DNA from: Armatimonadota bacterium
GTDB lineage: Bacteria; Armatimonadota; HRBIN16
Assembly: GCA_963677485.1 (NCBI GenBank)
Contig: OY781964.1
Location: 928,001-992,000 of the forward strand
Direction: 5' to 3'
DNA length: 64,000 nucleotides
Shown: in pieces, positions 61,860-64,000 of the stretch
How positions within the stretch are numbered: position 1 is the stretch's first letter
Layout: each line of letters begins with the position of its first letter
Translations under genes and position numbers: made by a program
The notes under the pieces: model-generated
The model's input: the letters and a program-made list of their open reading frames with translations, nothing else
Database searches by the model: none
Told to the model about the DNA's origin: nothing

Positions 61860-62880
61860 CCCCACGGAACCTATCGCCAGCATCCACCCCAAAGTGGGGA
61901 TCATCGGTGCTGGCGGCATGGCGAAGCGCCATGGTGCCGCTTATATGCAAATGAAAGATGTCTGCACCGTCCAGGCGGTGCATGATTTCAGTGCTGAGTA
62001 TGGGGGGATGGTGGCGGCTAACTGTCACGCAGAATACATCGACAGCTACGAGCAGATACTCGAATGCGTCGACGTCGTCGATATCTGCCTGCCCACTCCC
62101 TGGCATCTACAATATGTCTCTCAGGCACTTCAGGCTGGTAAGCATGTGATATGCGAAAAGCCCATGGCGCTATCAGTCGCGGAATGCCGCCAGATGATAG
62201 AGCTGGCTGAAGAACACGATCGTCTGCTCTACCCCGCTCACGTGCTGCGTTTCTTCCCTGACTTCGCGGCCGCGCACCGAGCCATACGCTCTGGACAGAT
62301 CGGTACCCCGCAGATCGTCTGCACACGGCGCGGCGGCGACCATCCCCGTTCACCCATCGGCTGGTATGCCGACCCCAAGCTGAGCGGCGGTGTGATGCTG
62401 GACCTCATCATCCATGATTTTGACTGGCTACGCTGGACATTTGGCGAGGTGGCTGAGGTGAGTGCCGAATCGCTGACCTACCGCGGGCTGGATCACCTGG
62501 ACTACGCCTTCGTGACGCTGCGCTTTGAAAGCGGCGTGCTGGCATTTGTCGAGGGGAGCTGGGCAGACCCTGGGGGCTTCAGCATCGAATTCGAAGCCAC
62601 AGGCAGCAGCGGACAGTTCCGCTTTGGCAACAAGGACACAGCGGTCATAGAGCTATCGAGCCGCACCGAGGCCATGGGGGTCAAAAAAGGCGTCAGTCAG
62701 GCACTGCCCACCACCAGCATCAACTCCTACGAGCAAGAGCTGCGCCACTTTGTGGCGATACTAAATGGTGCAGAGCCCGTGATCACCGCGCATGATGGGC
62801 TGAAGGCTGTGCAGATAGCCCAAGCGGCTCAGATCAGCGTCCAAACCGGACGGCCGGTGAACCCCGCGGAGGTGGAGTAG
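61846..62880 (+). CDS. Gfo/Idh/MocA family oxidoreductase
   Basis: GIIGAGGMA, DICLPT..H, GKHVICEKPMA, SGGVMLDLIIHDFD. Confidence 0.93.
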   Translation: MPSPNPTEPIASIHPKVGIIGAGGMAKRHGAAYMQMKDVCTVQAVHDFSAEYGGMVAANCHAEYIDSYEQILECVDVVDICLPTPWHLQYVSQALQAGKHVICEKPMALSVAECRQMIELAEEHDRLLYPAHVLRFFPDFAAAHRAIRSGQIGTPQIVCTRRGGDHPRSPIGWYADPKLSGGVMLDLIIHDFDWLRWTFGEVAEVSAESLTYRGLDHLDYAFVTLRFESGVLAFVEGSWADPGGFSIEFEATGSSGQFRFGNKDTAVIELSSRTEAMGVKKGVSQALPTTSINSYEQELRHFVAILNGAEPVITAHDGLKAVQIAQAAQISVQTGRPVNPAEVE

Positions 62881-63536
62881 TGAATGAGATGAAACCTAAC
62901 ATAGTGGGGCTTGAACCCGCACGGCTGTCTGAGATGCAGCAGCAAGCCGCCTCAGAGGGCTGGCTGCTAGCCACACCCCCCCATTACACCGATGTCGCCT
63001 GGCTAGAGGCACACCAGTCAGAGACGTGCATCCCGGCGTTCTGGTGGCGCTATTCGCAGCCTTTCCAAAGGCTATTGGCGGAACTGCGCAAGGGCACGAT
63101 TGGCAACCTGCTGGCCATCAAGCTCAAAGTGGCAATGTCTGGCTCGGACGCCTCGCAGATATGTCCGGCTGGCCTGGATATCTGCCAGATCATCGCCGGG
63201 TCGGAGCCCACGAACAGCCGTATCAGCCGTCCGACGCCTGCATCAGCGCACAGCATACTGGAGATGAAGTTCGCATCAGGGCTGTTCGCCAGCAGCGTGC
63301 AGATCGGGCATGTTTCGACACGTCCTCCGAGCCTGCATCTGCGCGTCGTCGGCGACACGGGCATACTACAGGCGGAGTTATTCGGGCCGATGGTCAACAT
63401 CAGCAGCGAGGCAGGCTGGCAGTTCCAACCCTACATACAGCACCCCATGGAAACACTCTGGGCAGCACGCCATCAACCAGATGAGCTGTTCCCTACGATA
63501 CAGCAAGCTCTAGCCATCGCCTGCGCTCTCCGTTAG
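62880..63536 (+). CDS. Hypothetical protein, degenerate Gfo/Idh/MocA-like
   Basis: PAFWWRYSQPFQRL..LRKGTIGNL, LDICQII, LRVVGDTG echo the Gfo/Idh C-terminal fold; no GxGxxG or EKP motif. Confidence 0.45.
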   Translation: MNEMKPNIVGLEPARLSEMQQQAASEGWLLATPPHYTDVAWLEAHQSETCIPAFWWRYSQPFQRLLAELRKGTIGNLLAIKLKVAMSGSDASQICPAGLDICQIIAGSEPTNSRISRPTPASAHSILEMKFASGLFASSVQIGHVSTRPPSLHLRVVGDTGILQAELFGPMVNISSEAGWQFQPYIQHPMETLWAARHQPDELFPTIQQALAIACALR

Positions 63537-63605
63537 CATCGGGCCACCGCATCACCGGCGCATCATATTTGCGGCCGGTATCTCGCATTGATAAGAGGAA
63601 ATAGC

Positions 63606-64000
63606 ATGAGTGATTCGAAGGGCAGCATCATACTGACCACAGCCCTGTTGGCAGCCGCACTCAGCGGATGTCAGCGGAAGGTGGCCGACGGCAAGAAGCA
63701 CATTCGGTTCTGCGTGATGGGCTCCAAGCAAGAAATCGACCTTGCCAACGGCTTCACCCGAGATTTTGAGAAGAACAATCCCGGCATCAAAGTGGACATC
63801 GAGCCGGTGGCAGGTATGACATACGACAGCAAGCTGGCCATGCAAGCGGCCGCCGGCACCCTGCCCGATGTGATCATGCTGGCCGATTCCCTCATCCCCA
63901 CGCTGCAGAAATACCATGTGGTTGAGAACCTGACCCCCTGGATCGCTAAAGATGCCAGTTTCCCCTCCCATGATATCTATCCCCAGATGATGGAGACGGG
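63606..64000 (+). CDS. Sugar ABC transporter substrate-binding lipoprotein, 3'-truncated by window edge
   Basis: My translation: MSDSKGSIILTTALLAAALSGC (lipobox)...FEKNNPGIKVDIE...YDSKL...AAGTLPDV. Confidence 0.85.
   Translation, partial: MSDSKGSIILTTALLAAALSGCQRKVADGKKHIRFCVMGSKQEIDLANGFTRDFEKNNPGIKVDIEPVAGMTYDSKLAMQAAAGTLPDVIMLADSLIPTLQKYHVVENLTPWIAKDASFPSHDIYPQMMET

Overview
Bacterial chromosomal window, mostly housekeeping genes with several secreted or surface accessory genes. The lineage is inferred to be Armatimonadota-like, from C-terminal dockerin-like modules, PEP-CTERM-like tails, membrane FHA proteins and Firmicutes-like operon order; this is not verified. Core blocks: yacL-ispDF, folC, tilS-ftsH, gap-pgk-tpiA, nnr, tRNA-Leu(CAG), nusA-ylxR-infB-rbfA-nrnA-truB-ribF, a TPP-riboswitch thiD-thiC-thiM-thiE operon, pgi, and proA-nadD-LCP-rsfS. 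There is no transposase, integrase, prophage or CRISPR-Cas. The most unusual signals are: (1) a ~167-bp nested-palindrome repeat family, present as a 4-unit tandem array plus two solo copies, always between convergent genes; (2) three DUF4114 paralogs ending in a G[AST]EP variant of the PEP-CTERM sorting signal; (3) a shared beta-sandwich+dockerin C-terminal module on two unrelated enzymes; (4) tandem secreted SGNH esterases with a phage-tail-like N-terminal motif and a non-canonical catalytic block; (5) several covarying GTAG-type REPs; (6) a nusA operon that keeps the rimP leader but lacks rimP and may carry a decayed DUF503 remnant. Start codons were adjusted by eye where an RBS supported it.
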